Position numbers and translations under genes: made by a program. Positions 19,137 to 29,240 of a stretch of DNA of 64,000 nucleotides are shown piece after piece. The notes beneath the pieces were generated by a model that saw only the letters and a list, made by a program, of their open reading frames with translations, was not told the origin of the DNA and did no database searches. Position 1 is the stretch's first letter, and each line of letters begins with the position of its first letter. The stretch is from an uncultured virus (IMG/VR IMGVR_UViG_3300022752_006411) (lineage: Duplodnaviria; Heunggongvirae; Uroviricota; Caudoviricetes): IMG/VR virus record IMGVR_UViG_3300022752_006411; one strand, written 5' to 3'.

Positions 19137-20276
19137 TCAAGCAACCTTTCTTTTTATGTTGGAAAAATAAATATTTGCATAATAATCATTATTCATAGCA
19201 TGTGCCAACATTATATTATGCAAATCTTCTGGCAATTCTATTCTTCCCAATACAACATGATAAGTATACAAAGCATTTGTGTTTTTTGAAATTGCCTCTT
19301 CTCCAAGTTCAAATCTATCTTTTAGAATATTCCTAGCGTATTCTATAGAACAATTTGCATCTTTGCTTATTGCCTCTTCTCCAATTTCAAATCTTCCTTT
19401 TATAACTTCCATCGCGTAATTAAGAGACAAGTTGCCATTTTTGGCAATTGCCGCCTCTCCATCAAAATATCTTTCTCCTAAACTTTTTGCATATTCAAGC
19501 GAAAGTTCAGCGTCCTTGGCAAGTGCTTTCTTGCTGATGCTCAATGCCGAATACAACTTGTTAAGAACAGAATTGCCCTCCTCCGTGAAATTCAAACCAG
19601 CCTCAGTTAGAGCGTCTTGGTTTTCTGGAACAAGTCCAAGATCAACAGCGTCTAACTGATTCTTGAAATCTTCGTAATTAGAAAATCCCCTGCAAGAAAT
19701 GTCGGCCAAAATTTTAAGTACGCTAAAAATATGAGAATCACCAGCAAAATCTCCACGTTTTGCATACTTGAAAGTTCTAATTAAAGAACTGATAGGGTAT
19801 TCGCTTCCAAAATACTCGGTGCTTTGACAGAGTTTGGATTCTTCGTACTTGTCGGTACAATAAATATCAATATTTGTTGGAGTTACCTTTGCTCCAACTT
19901 GAATGTGAGAAAAATCAAAAGAATTTACTAATTCTTCAAGCGAAGGGTGAAGGTAATTGCACAACTGCACAGTTACGGTTTTGCCACTAACTTCAATGTC
20001 ATTCGTTCCTTCAACTGTTTGATGGTGCAAAGTCTTATCAACATTGACCTTAACTGTAATTGCATTTTTGGTGCTACTAACGACCTTGCCAAGTTTTTCA
20101 GCAGTCTGGTGTGGGAAAAATCCGCTGATGGGAAAAATATCAATGTCGTTGGGCGGATTTCTATTCAAGGAATTGCCGCCAACATAAAATTCAGTAATGC
20201 CCGCGTCGGTCAATTCTTTTAGCGGCACTCTTTGGTAAACTCTCTGACGAATGACATTGGCAAATTTTTCGTTCAT
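19137..20276 (-). CDS. pol-beta-superfamily nucleotidyltransferase-like domain fused to RFExGE repeats
   Basis: YVGGNSL...NDIDIF and SFDF motifs; C-terminal repeats and LPEDLHN cap. Confidence 0.7.
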   Translation of the reverse strand: MNEKFANVIRQRVYQRVPLKELTDAGITEFYVGGNSLNRNPPNDIDIFPISGFFPHQTAEKLGKVVSSTKNAITVKVNVDKTLHHQTVEGTNDIEVSGKTVTVQLCNYLHPSLEELVNSFDFSHIQVGAKVTPTNIDIYCTDKYEESKLCQSTEYFGSEYPISSLIRTFKYAKRGDFAGDSHIFSVLKILADISCRGFSNYEDFKNQLDAVDLGLVPENQDALTEAGLNFTEEGNSVLNKLYSALSISKKALAKDAELSLEYAKSLGERYFDGEAAIAKNGNLSLNYAMEVIKGRFEIGEEAISKDANCSIEYARNILKDRFELGEEAISKNTNALYTYHVVLGRIELPEDLHNIMLAHAMNNDYYANIYFSNIKRKVA

Positions 20277-20568
20277 TTTATTTCTCTTTGTTTATTGTCT
20301 CCATCAACCAACAACAGAACAGACGAAATTAGACTTGCTATTGGAGTGTATCGTTTAATATTTTTCCTTTTCTATCTTCTTGCCAACAACGCCATTTTCC
20401 TTTGTTTGAAAAAAGCTTTTTAATTTTTTCAAACGATCTTTTGCCAGTCTCTAAACTGTAACTCAGCTTAATTATTCTTTTTTCATCTTTTCCATAGTCA
20501 CAATAAGTAGCAACAACCCAAAGCGAGTTTTCCTTCTCTTACATTGGATTTTTTCATTTTTATTTGAT

Positions 20569-20739
20569 TTAATTTTCTCTTATCATAATTCTTCCGTCAT
20601 TAGGACACCTTTTCGTGCCGGAAGTCCCGTATTCTTGAATCAACTTGCACTTAGGGCATCTATATCTGTACGTTTTTGCTGCGAATCCTGCGGCAAAAAC
20701 AAGAGAAATCAAACCCAAAATAAAAACTTTTCTATTCAT
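20569..20739 (-). CDS. small membrane or secreted zinc-ribbon protein (56 aa, not in ORF track)
   Basis: AAGGAG Shine-Dalgarno; hydrophobic N-terminus; CPKC...CPND. Confidence 0.6.
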   Translation of the reverse strand: MNRKVFILGLISLVFAAGFAAKTYRYRCPKCKLIQEYGTSGTKRCPNDGRIMIREN

Positions 20740-20751
20740 TTTATCTCCTTT

Positions 20752-21339
20752 TCACATACAGTCTATCAGTTCTTTGATAGTATTGCTATCACAAAGATTG
20801 TTATTTTTCATTAGTCCTTCAAGATATATTTTGAAAGACTTTTTCTGATTTTGAAATTTTTCTAAGTATTTCTTTTGCTTTCTTTCTGCCGACTTTACCT
20901 CATACCTTGCCTTCCAGTTTAAGCCATCTGTTTGAGCAGGAATAACAGTTTGCATGAGAATTTTATTATGCAGACAAGTAGGCATAGATATTTCAAATGT
21001 ATTGCAATATTCTATAGCATACTTTATTTCTTTTGGAGTTTTTACCTGTTCAAATAATGCCTTTTCAACATCTTCTGCCAATCTTGATTTCGACAAGGAC
21101 AAAGAATATCTAAATCCATATTCGCAATTGCCCAAAAAAACCTTCTGTTCTTCTGAGTTTAATTCATTGTGCAGAGCATGCCCGGTGCCATTTCTACAAC
21201 TTGGCCTGCCTGCACACTTTTTTCTATGAACTCTTTTAGTTTTATTTTCTCCGTTTACAACACGAAAGCCAGCAGCAAATTCATATGCCTTTTTTGCATT
21301 TAATTTATATTTTTCAATTTTATTTATCATAAAATTCAC
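20752..21339 (-). CDS. LPExxHN-cap family protein
   Basis: MPTCLHNKIL cap and TIKELID tail. Confidence 0.7.
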   Translation of the reverse strand: MNFMINKIEKYKLNAKKAYEFAAGFRVVNGENKTKRVHRKKCAGRPSCRNGTGHALHNELNSEEQKVFLGNCEYGFRYSLSLSKSRLAEDVEKALFEQVKTPKEIKYAIEYCNTFEISMPTCLHNKILMQTVIPAQTDGLNWKARYEVKSAERKQKKYLEKFQNQKKSFKIYLEGLMKNNNLCDSNTIKELIDCM

Positions 21340-23288
21340 TTCATTGCAATTTGACGTATGAATCTTACCATTACTCCCAAAGAAGAATCAACATCTTTCA
21401 GAATAACAAATTTATTGTCTCCGTACATGCTCTTGCCATTTTCCGCACTGAAAGCATTATCTATTCCAATTCCATAAACTTCGATTCCCTTTTTGAGACA
21501 ATCTTCGCTAACTTTCAGCATATGCTTTCTAGCACTTGGCCCGCCGTAATCATTTCCTTCTGGCAGTCCGTCGCTAATTACAAAGACAATCTTTCTATCA
21601 TATTCAGAAAAATCCTTGTTGAATAGATTGGCCGCATGAAGAATCGCAAAAGAATCATGGTTTTGTTCTCTTGCTGCCATTTCCATACAAGCCTCCATCC
21701 TAGGTTGTCTAGGAGAATAATATTCCCTAAGCGTAACGCCATCACACTCACATTCGGCAGTATGGCCATAGATCGAAACCGTCATTCCCTCCATAGACTT
21801 CAAACTTTCTCCCAAAACAATAGCGACCTTTTTTGCCGCCTCAATTCTAGACCGACTTTCAGTGTGGCACCCCATGGAGCCGCTTTCGTCAACAAGTAAA
21901 CACACAGCAATCTTTTTCTTGCTAACCGTGTCTGTCTTCTGCATAACCCTATCGTCTTTTAGTCTGATTTTGAAAAGGCTGTTCTCGTCAATATCGCCAG
22001 TCCTATGTCCATAAGACTGCATACTAGCGATGTTATTGCGAAAACAAAGGCTATTCTTAATTGTTTTTATCTGGACGCTGTTATCTCTCAGAAGATTTTT
22101 GTAAGAACTTTCGTGACTTTTTTCTGGTTCAACAGTAATAAGTTCAAATTGAGTTGAAGAACCCAAACCTTCCGCTTCGGCACTTCCTGCAATTTTATCG
22201 CCTTCGTCCGAAGATTGATCGGCCAAAGTAGAATCTGTTTGATTCTTTACTTTTTCTCCCAAAAGAGAACTATCACAAACTTTTAAGCCTGATCCACAAG
22301 AACTTTTTTCTTCGCCGCCATCGCCACTACAACTCTTAGACTTGAGAATCTTGTAGATTCTCTGAGAAATATCCATGCAAGAATCGAATCTTTCTTCTGC
22401 GGAAATTTCATTCTCCATAACTTCGCAGGCGTGTTCTATACAATCATTATAAACATCTGGAACGTCTACAGTATCGCTAGAATTCAATAAATTCCAAGCA
22501 ATAGCCAATGTGGCGGCATCAATATTTGGATTGTCTACGCTGCCATCAATAAATTCCTGAATTTTTTCTTTGGAATCAGACGATCTTTCTGCATCCGAAG
22601 CAATATAAGGCCCGAATCCAGACCAATCTTCAATAATTTTAGATCTGGCGATGGAGGTTTCCACGGCCTCCCAAAGAACAACTGCATTTCTATGCACAGA
22701 AGCATCAACGCTTTCTGTGGTTGTCTTGCAGCAATCCCTAAAGCAACGTCCAGAGTTGCATGGACAAGGCAAGGTGCTATTTATTTTCTTGGAGGCAACT
22801 CTAGAAATTTTAGCTTTATTGTAAGACTCTACGCTAGTAGTATCTCTAATAGATGAGGCAAGATAGACCTTCCCCGTCATAGAGTCTAAAATTTCTTCTG
22901 AGATTTTCTTGTCTTCAACAAGATTATCGGGAGAAAGAAATATCGTATGGGTTGCCGATTCGCTATCGGGAGGCGAATTAACATCTTCTCCATTCGACCA
23001 ACGAACAACAACTTTGCCCTTGTCTTCATCGCCAAGAATGTTGGCGGAATTTTGAAGTTGGCTCAAAAGTTCTTGGTAAACTTCGTTGACATTCTTCTTT
23101 GGCTTCCAGTAATCGCTACCGTAGCCAATTTTGCTCAACCAACCACGCGACCCGCTACCCTTTGAATAAGAATAGTCACGATAGTCGTAGTTGTAATCGT
23201 CCCACCACCACTTAGATTTATTAGACTTAGAATCTTCCCTTTTGAATTCCTTGTCCAAATCTTCCAAATAATCTTCTTTGGCTTCCAT
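21336..23288 (-). CDS. vWA-domain (CobT-like) MoxR partner with SEC-C motif
   Basis: LLVDESGSM MIDAS motif, VISDG, and CPCNSGRCFRDCC. Confidence 0.85.
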   Translation of the reverse strand: MEAKEDYLEDLDKEFKREDSKSNKSKWWWDDYNYDYRDYSYSKGSGSRGWLSKIGYGSDYWKPKKNVNEVYQELLSQLQNSANILGDEDKGKVVVRWSNGEDVNSPPDSESATHTIFLSPDNLVEDKKISEEILDSMTGKVYLASSIRDTTSVESYNKAKISRVASKKINSTLPCPCNSGRCFRDCCKTTTESVDASVHRNAVVLWEAVETSIARSKIIEDWSGFGPYIASDAERSSDSKEKIQEFIDGSVDNPNIDAATLAIAWNLLNSSDTVDVPDVYNDCIEHACEVMENEISAEERFDSCMDISQRIYKILKSKSCSGDGGEEKSSCGSGLKVCDSSLLGEKVKNQTDSTLADQSSDEGDKIAGSAEAEGLGSSTQFELITVEPEKSHESSYKNLLRDNSVQIKTIKNSLCFRNNIASMQSYGHRTGDIDENSLFKIRLKDDRVMQKTDTVSKKKIAVCLLVDESGSMGCHTESRSRIEAAKKVAIVLGESLKSMEGMTVSIYGHTAECECDGVTLREYYSPRQPRMEACMEMAAREQNHDSFAILHAANLFNKDFSEYDRKIVFVISDGLPEGNDYGGPSARKHMLKVSEDCLKKGIEVYGIGIDNAFSAENGKSMYGDNKFVILKDVDSSLGVMVRFIRQIAMK

Positions 23289-23339
23289 AATGTTTCTCCT
23301 TGAGCCTATAATGTCTCAATCTAGAACTGTTACTTATTT

Positions 23340-24257
23340 TTAGGCCGCGCCCTTGATTCTCTTGGCGGCAGCACTCATTTTGCCAGCCTTAGAATCAACA
23401 GACTCAACCGTTCCGAATTTGCCCTGAATAAGTTGAAGAACTGCGGCCCTTTCACTATTGGTGCCACCATCGGCACTAAACAAATTTGTCATAGTGAAAG
23501 TAAGCGATTCAACTCCGTCGATGACAAAATCTTCGGCAACAGCAAGCAACTGTCTAGTAGAGAAACCATCGCTAAACTGACTTCCGATCCCAACACTCTT
23601 TTTTCTAATCTGATTGGCGATATCGACTAAAGCCTTCGCCGCCTTCTCAGCAATTCCAGTGCGGGCAATCAAAATATCAACTTCCTTTTCCTTTGGAAGA
23701 TAAGAAACTTCAACAATGCGCGACCACCTATCTCTCATAGCAATATCCGTAGAAGTGGTTCCGGTATAAACGGCACCTTCGTTCATGGTTGCAAAAAATA
23801 TAGTCTTGGGGCCGATCTTTATACAATCTCCCTTTTCCTCAAGGTAAGTAAAACCACGGGCGTCGAGCAAAGGAAGAAGGGTATTCAAAATGCTGGGGTG
23901 GACGCGATTAATCTCGTCAAGAAGAACAACGTGGCCGCCAGCAGAAATAACCTTATCAAACTGAGATTCGTGCCAAACAATCTTTCCATCTTCAATGGTC
24001 TTGTAACCAAACCAATCTCTTGGCTCCTTAAGGTTGGCACAGTCCATAATAATCATTGGACGCTTATGACGAGCGGCAAACTGCATAGCCATTTCGGTCT
24101 TGCCTGCACCGTGCGGCCCTCTCAACATTACCTTTTGCGTCTTTTCCTCTGACTTGGCTTCAAGTCTCTTGAAAAGGGACTCAATATCGGGCGTGACATA
24201 ATAAGTATCATTAACTTCAGGAACAAAAACGCCATTGTTGCAATCAGAAATCTTCAT
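23340..24257 (-). CDS. MoxR/CbbQ/CobS-like AAA+ ATPase
   Basis: GPHGAGKT, LLDEINR, ATMN, DRW, FSTR. Confidence 0.9.
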   Translation of the reverse strand: MKISDCNNGVFVPEVNDTYYVTPDIESLFKRLEAKSEEKTQKVMLRGPHGAGKTEMAMQFAARHKRPMIIMDCANLKEPRDWFGYKTIEDGKIVWHESQFDKVISAGGHVVLLDEINRVHPSILNTLLPLLDARGFTYLEEKGDCIKIGPKTIFFATMNEGAVYTGTTSTDIAMRDRWSRIVEVSYLPKEKEVDILIARTGIAEKAAKALVDIANQIRKKSVGIGSQFSDGFSTRQLLAVAEDFVIDGVESLTFTMTNLFSADGGTNSERAAVLQLIQGKFGTVESVDSKAGKMSAAAKRIKGAA

Positions 24258-24332
24258 TTTGAATCCCTTTCTTGTTGGTTCTTATCGCGTTACAAAAACA
24301 CAATTGCTCATCTAGGTTTTGTTTTTCTAAAT

Positions 24333-24956
24333 TTACTGCACGGTGAAATTAAAGTTTATTAAAATTCTAGGAGTGTCTGTGGTTGGATTGCTTCCTGCAT
24401 GTATTAAATTTCCATTAAATAAAACCATTCTACCTTTTTTAGGCTTAATTCTATATCTTATTTTTAGGCTATTAAAAATTTTTTCTTTGCAAACTTTATC
24501 ATCAAAAATTATCGTGTCGCCGTCTGTGTCGTTCACATAATACACAGCAGTAATGAATTTAAAATCATTGTTAGAGAAATCAACATGAGGAACCCCAAAA
24601 TTGTTTTTTGACAATGAAGGCATCGCATAATTAAAATTGGCTTTGATTCTTAGTATCTTTCCTATTTTGTACGGAACACAATCTAGTATTTTTTTAACAT
24701 AAATGTAGGTTGGGCTTTTTTCAAATATTTCGTGAACAAACTGCGGCGTTTCAACTGAATTTTCGATTTGAGACAAACTATAAATAGCAGGATTTGTTTC
24801 TTTTATTTTACTCAAACGATCAGTAGTGTAATTAGAACTTTTTGAATAACGCCAAGGAACCTGCTCTGTTAAAAATTTTTCTATTTCATTTTGAAATTCC
24901 ACCGGAACAATGTCATCTATAACAGTGACTTCTTCGTCTAATTTTTCAATTATCAT
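24333..24956 (-). CDS. 2OG-Fe(II) oxygenase
   Basis: PHVD, YYVND.DGDT, PKKGR, HAG..P...R. Confidence 0.8.
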   Translation of the reverse strand: MIIEKLDEEVTVIDDIVPVEFQNEIEKFLTEQVPWRYSKSSNYTTDRLSKIKETNPAIYSLSQIENSVETPQFVHEIFEKSPTYIYVKKILDCVPYKIGKILRIKANFNYAMPSLSKNNFGVPHVDFSNNDFKFITAVYYVNDTDGDTIIFDDKVCKEKIFNSLKIRYRIKPKKGRMVLFNGNLIHAGSNPTTDTPRILINFNFTVQ

Positions 24957-25551
24957 CAGATTCCTTTTTAGAAAAAGAAGAAAAATTTATTTCAATTTTT
25001 ACAATTTCTTCGGCAACATTCTTGAAGTATTCAACTTCAAATTCGCCATTTCCTAAAGAAATTGATCCAACGCATCCATAAGGAAAAACGCCCCAGTTAT
25101 TTTCAGACAAACTTCTGTCGCAACAAATTGAATACCAAGGTTGTTCTTCGCAAACAATTTTGTCACTAATTCTAGAAATTTCACTTACAGATTTGTCATT
25201 TCTATAGTATTTATAGTCAAAAACTCCTGCTTGCCCTGACTCTACCTTAAAAGTCTTTTTGAAAGACTTAAGTTCATTTTCATCTTTATTGCACATCATT
25301 GCAATTACTTTTTGAAAATCAAAATTATCCATCACCCCCATATTTTCTGTTTCTTTTTTTGAATACTCCATTGTTAGTTTGTTTATGGTCGATCCATAAA
25401 CTTTTTCATCTAAATCGGCCTCGCAACTCCACTTTCCTTTTTTGATTTTCTCAAGAACAATTAACTCTTTTTGATTTTTTTCAAAACAAGGATCGCCAAC
25501 CACAACCAAACCAGAAGTTGTTTCAAAGTTTTTCATGTTCATCCTTAACAA
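24946..25551 (-). CDS. DUF4241-like protein
   Basis: SGLVVVGDPC, VESGQAGVFD, GxGxF. Confidence 0.6.
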   Translation of the reverse strand: MLRMNMKNFETTSGLVVVGDPCFEKNQKELIVLEKIKKGKWSCEADLDEKVYGSTINKLTMEYSKKETENMGVMDNFDFQKVIAMMCNKDENELKSFKKTFKVESGQAGVFDYKYYRNDKSVSEISRISDKIVCEEQPWYSICCDRSLSENNWGVFPYGCVGSISLGNGEFEVEYFKNVAEEIVKIEINFSSFSKKESDDN

Positions 25552-25973
25552 TTTTTTTCAAACTTTTCTCTCATTTCCAAAAAATGACCAATAGAAGCGG
25601 CACAACCTTCAACCGACATACTAAGAGTTGGCATATTGAAAAAATTCAACTGGCTCTTGGCATAAGTCAAACTTTGCTGATACAACTTATTTTCCATCTT
25701 TCTAATGTAATTCATAAAATCAAAGGCATAATTGCAAAAATCAGCATAATTTTCTGGAGTCAGTTTCAAATCGGTAATGTCGGGCTGTTCGCAATTGTTG
25801 AAGTCCTTACTAAAATCATTCGCTCTCTTGAAAAGAGAAGTGTTGTTATTGCCAACATTTGTAAAGAAATAACAAAAGATATTTGCGAATATCTCTCTCT
25901 GGATGCACAAGTAACCCTGAGCAAGCATTTCTGGATCATACTCCATGTTTTCGTCCATATTCTCGTCGTTCAT
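25545..25973 (-). CDS. hypothetical protein
   Basis: 142-aa ORF with GGAG Shine-Dalgarno. Confidence 0.65.
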   Translation of the reverse strand: MNDENMDENMEYDPEMLAQGYLCIQREIFANIFCYFFTNVGNNNTSLFKRANDFSKDFNNCEQPDITDLKLTPENYADFCNYAFDFMNYIRKMENKLYQQSLTYAKSQLNFFNMPTLSMSVEGCAASIGHFLEMREKFEKNC

Positions 25974-26044
25974 TTTTAGTCTCCAAAGTGAAAATCAATA
26001 CGCTTGTAGAAGTGACCGAACCTATTTTGTTTTTACTATAAAAA

Positions 26045-26079
26045 ATTAGGGAGGCGTTAATTTTTAACGCCTCCCTAAT
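26045..26079. terminator. intrinsic terminator hairpin
   Basis: ATTAGGGAGGCGTTAA-TTT-TTAACGCCTCCCTAAT with T-run on the minus strand. Confidence 0.85.
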
Positions 26080-26101
26080 AAATTGTTATTTTTTAAGTTA
26101 A

Positions 26102-26437
26102 TCAATTTTTTTCTACATCGACAGTATATGCAAATTTTTCTTGCTCTTTTTGAGTGGCTACGCCACGGTCGTAACCATCATGCCAAATCTGTTCAAAATG
26201 ATCCGGCTTTTTAAGAACAGAACCCACGCCAGAAATAAACCCTTTAAGAGTAGAATACTGGTCTTGAGTCTTCATTTGATACAACTGATATGCCAAGTCA
26301 TCAGATTGATCTTTTTCAATTTCTTTGCATTTTTCAACAATACTTAATTTTTCATATAGGCTATTAATTCTAAATTGCTGCATCAGAAAAATTTGTGCAA
26401 CCAAAAATCCACCTAAAACAATCGCTGTCTTCTTCAT
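26102..26437 (-). CDS. membrane-anchored hypothetical protein
   Basis: Hydrophobic N-terminus; WHDGYDRG. Confidence 0.65.
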   Translation of the reverse strand: MKKTAIVLGGFLVAQIFLMQQFRINSLYEKLSIVEKCKEIEKDQSDDLAYQLYQMKTQDQYSTLKGFISGVGSVLKKPDHFEQIWHDGYDRGVATQKEQEKFAYTVDVEKN

Positions 26438-26536
26438 CTTAAATCCCTTAAATTAAAGGAGTTGTTCCCACCCACACCCTTACAAGCATAATAAAATTCA
26501 CTCTGATCGTCAAGAGTCTTGCTAAATATTTATTTA

Positions 26537-26818
26537 TTAATTCCATTGAACCAAACATACACGCAAAGTAAGTCTTGACATATCGCACGACCAAACACGA
26601 TACCCTTTATATTCTAAAAAAGTAATTTTTTCAAACAAATTACTTTTTTTATTTCCCAATAATACAGAAGGAATATTATCATAAAAACAAGAGGCAACTA
26701 TGCTAAAGCCCATTTCTTTTAGATCTACTTGCAAAGCAATAATTTTCTCTTGTTCAAAAAAAACTGAACAACCACTGACAAATTTGTTTGTTTTTGTTTT
26801 TATATTTGTGCATCGCAT
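26537..26818 (-). CDS. hypothetical protein
   Basis: 93-aa ORF. Confidence 0.55.
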   Translation of the reverse strand: MRCTNIKTKTNKFVSGCSVFFEQEKIIALQVDLKEMGFSIVASCFYDNIPSVLLGNKKSNLFEKITFLEYKGYRVWSCDMSRLTLRVCLVQWN

Positions 26819-27895
26819 TTAGTCTTCGGCCTTGTATTTCAATTGAGTCTGAACGCAATCCTTCGCGTCAATATCAGTTCTCACACCTAAATAAACAGGC
26901 TGATACAAAGCACCTGACTGTTTTCTGGCATAGAGATACTTGATTTCTACTATGTCTCCAACATTTGGAATTTCAAAATTAATAGGAATGGTTACATTTC
27001 CAGCATCGACAACTTTTCTTTTTTCATACAAACTCAAAGCAACACTACGCTTGTTGTTGATTTCTTTGACGATGCAACTACAAGTGCTATAAAATTTATG
27101 TTTTAAGTAATCGCCACCACTCGCAGGGCGACCAACATAATAACCAGCAGTTTTTTTCTTGAAAACAATTCCTTCATAATTATTTTTCAAGAAATTCTTA
27201 TGTGCCTCAATTTTTTCATTTTTTGTCTGATAAATTTCTGAGTTGATTATGTTTTTGCAATTAATTTCTAAAACTAAATCTTTGAGAATTCTGTTTCTTG
27301 AAATAAATGGCAAGTCTCGCAAATTTTCTTTTTCATATTCCAAAATATCAAACACATAGAAAAATTCGCCTACGAGTTCTCCATCAATAAGGAAATCTTT
27401 ATTGATTTTTGTGCCATTCCAAATTTCAGTCGGTATATTTGCTTTCAAGCCCTTGCGATTATAGCCAATTAAGCTTTGATCTTCTTTACCTAAAAGAAAT
27501 CTATTCCCATCAAATTTCTGTTGGGCAATCCAATTGTCATCACTAATATAGTTATTAACTTCTTCCTCTCCGATAGGATTTAGCAAAACGCACTTGGACT
27601 CAATAGGAGTGTCAGGAAGATTTACAGCAACATTGATTTCATTAATGTTTGCATCAACAATATACTTGTAGCCCTTACAGACCTTTTCTTTTATCAATTT
27701 ATCAAAAATACTTTTTGCTTCAGAAAGATCAGTAGGAGAAGAAGTTTTTGATCCAGAACGCAAAGCACTCCCCCTTCTTCCGTATGAAAAATTTACAACA
27801 TATCCCTTATCTTGTTCTTCAATAGTAGCGTTATAAACTTTATCGCTACTACCGGCTTTATAATACAAACTGGCGGAATTTGTGACTTTGCTCAT
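26819..27895 (-). CDS. WGR-domain ATP-dependent DNA ligase-like protein
   Basis: N-terminal SDKVY...YGRRG...KGY (WGR-like); KFDGNR, DGELV, FDIL, EGIVFK; OB-fold tail. Confidence 0.85.
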   Translation of the reverse strand: MSKVTNSASLYYKAGSSDKVYNATIEEQDKGYVVNFSYGRRGSALRSGSKTSSPTDLSEAKSIFDKLIKEKVCKGYKYIVDANINEINVAVNLPDTPIESKCVLLNPIGEEEVNNYISDDNWIAQQKFDGNRFLLGKEDQSLIGYNRKGLKANIPTEIWNGTKINKDFLIDGELVGEFFYVFDILEYEKENLRDLPFISRNRILKDLVLEINCKNIINSEIYQTKNEKIEAHKNFLKNNYEGIVFKKKTAGYYVGRPASGGDYLKHKFYSTCSCIVKEINNKRSVALSLYEKRKVVDAGNVTIPINFEIPNVGDIVEIKYLYARKQSGALYQPVYLGVRTDIDAKDCVQTQLKYKAED

Positions 27896-27932
27896 ATTGA
27901 ATTCTCCTTTAGGCAGGAGAATTACACAAACA

Positions 27933-28957
27933 CTATTTGTTTTTTAATTTTTTGATCTCAAAATATTTATTAATATCCAACAATTTTGTTTTTGAAAATT
28001 TGCCAAAAGCACAATCGCATAGCAACTTGTTGCTTTCTTCTTCACTAAGTATGTCGATTTTAAATCTGTTGCAATATTTTATTAAATAATGAGAATCCTT
28101 CAATAAAAATTCTGCTTCTGGCCATCTTTTTTTCATTATTTTAGAAGAATACAAATAAACAAATTTTGCAATTCCTTTTGTATTGGGTGCTTTGCTAATA
28201 ACTAAATTTTCGAGGTCTTCACATCTGCCTATCATTTTTGAATAGGCATAAGCGTAAACTAAATTATTTAAAATTGCAGGTTCGCCTTCCTGCCATCTGA
28301 TTTTCAAGATATCTCTGGCGTATAAAAAAGAACTTTTGGCACTTTTTTTATTGTTTTCTCACCTTCTGGCCATCGTTCTTTAATTATATTTTGAACATAC
28401 AATAATGTATAAACAACGCTTTTTAGAATAAGCGGCTCTGCTTCTGGCCATCTGTTTTTTATACAACGAGAAGTGTAATTCCACGCTACGCGAGCGTCTG
28501 ATTTTAAGATTGCTTGTTCCGCTTCTGGCCATGTCGAAATAGCAACTTCGTTTTTATAATCGCATATAAAGTGTATGTTTGCTAATGGATTTGAAAGCAG
28601 ATTATATTCGCCATTCCTCCATCTTCCTTTTATGACATATTTGGCATAATTAATTATTAATGATATGTCTTTTAAAATATATTCTTCTGCTTCCGGCCAT
28701 CTGCCTTTTATTACATCTATAGCATATTCTACTGATTTTTTTGATTTTTTAATATTTTCTTCTGCTTCTAACCATCTGCCTTGCACAAACTCTTTTGCAT
28801 AATCAACAGCATAATTGCTATCAACTAATACTTTTTCTGCGTCTGGATATCTTTTGCCTTTAGGCAATTTCTTCAACTCTGCCCAAACATACCAAGGCTG
28901 ATCCGCAGGCAATTGAGTAGGTGCGGGAGTCGCAAAATTTCCAGAGTAAGAAACCAT
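27933..28957 (-). CDS. KGRWPEAE-type repeat protein split by a 1-nt frameshift at an A7 run
   Basis: ORFs 28304-28957 and 27933-28307 join as IKKSAKSSFLYARDILKIRWQEGE if one A is added at 28343-28349. Confidence 0.75.
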
Positions 28958-29009
28958 AATTTAATTCAAATAGTCTATTGTTATCATGCAACACAACAAT
29001 AGACCTAAC

Positions 29010-29240
29010 TCAATTTGCTATATTGCAAACTTTCTTTAGTTCTTCTATTTTAATTTTTGGTTTAATTAAATTTGTTGTAATTTTTATGTTTGCATGAGTT
29101 ACAATCAACTCAACATCTAAATCTTTTTTTTGTGCATATATTTTTTCTATATCCTCATGGGAAAAAACAATTTGAACTTTTCTTTTTTTAGACATTCTGT
29201 AGCCTGTCTGATAAGGCCATAGCAGCCTCTTCACTTTCAA
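29010..29240 (-). CDS. hypothetical protein
   Basis: Short basic ORF. Confidence 0.5.
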   Translation of the reverse strand: MKVKRLLWPYQTGYRMSKKRKVQIVFSHEDIEKIYAQKKDLDVELIVTHANIKITTNLIKPKIKIEELKKVCNIAN

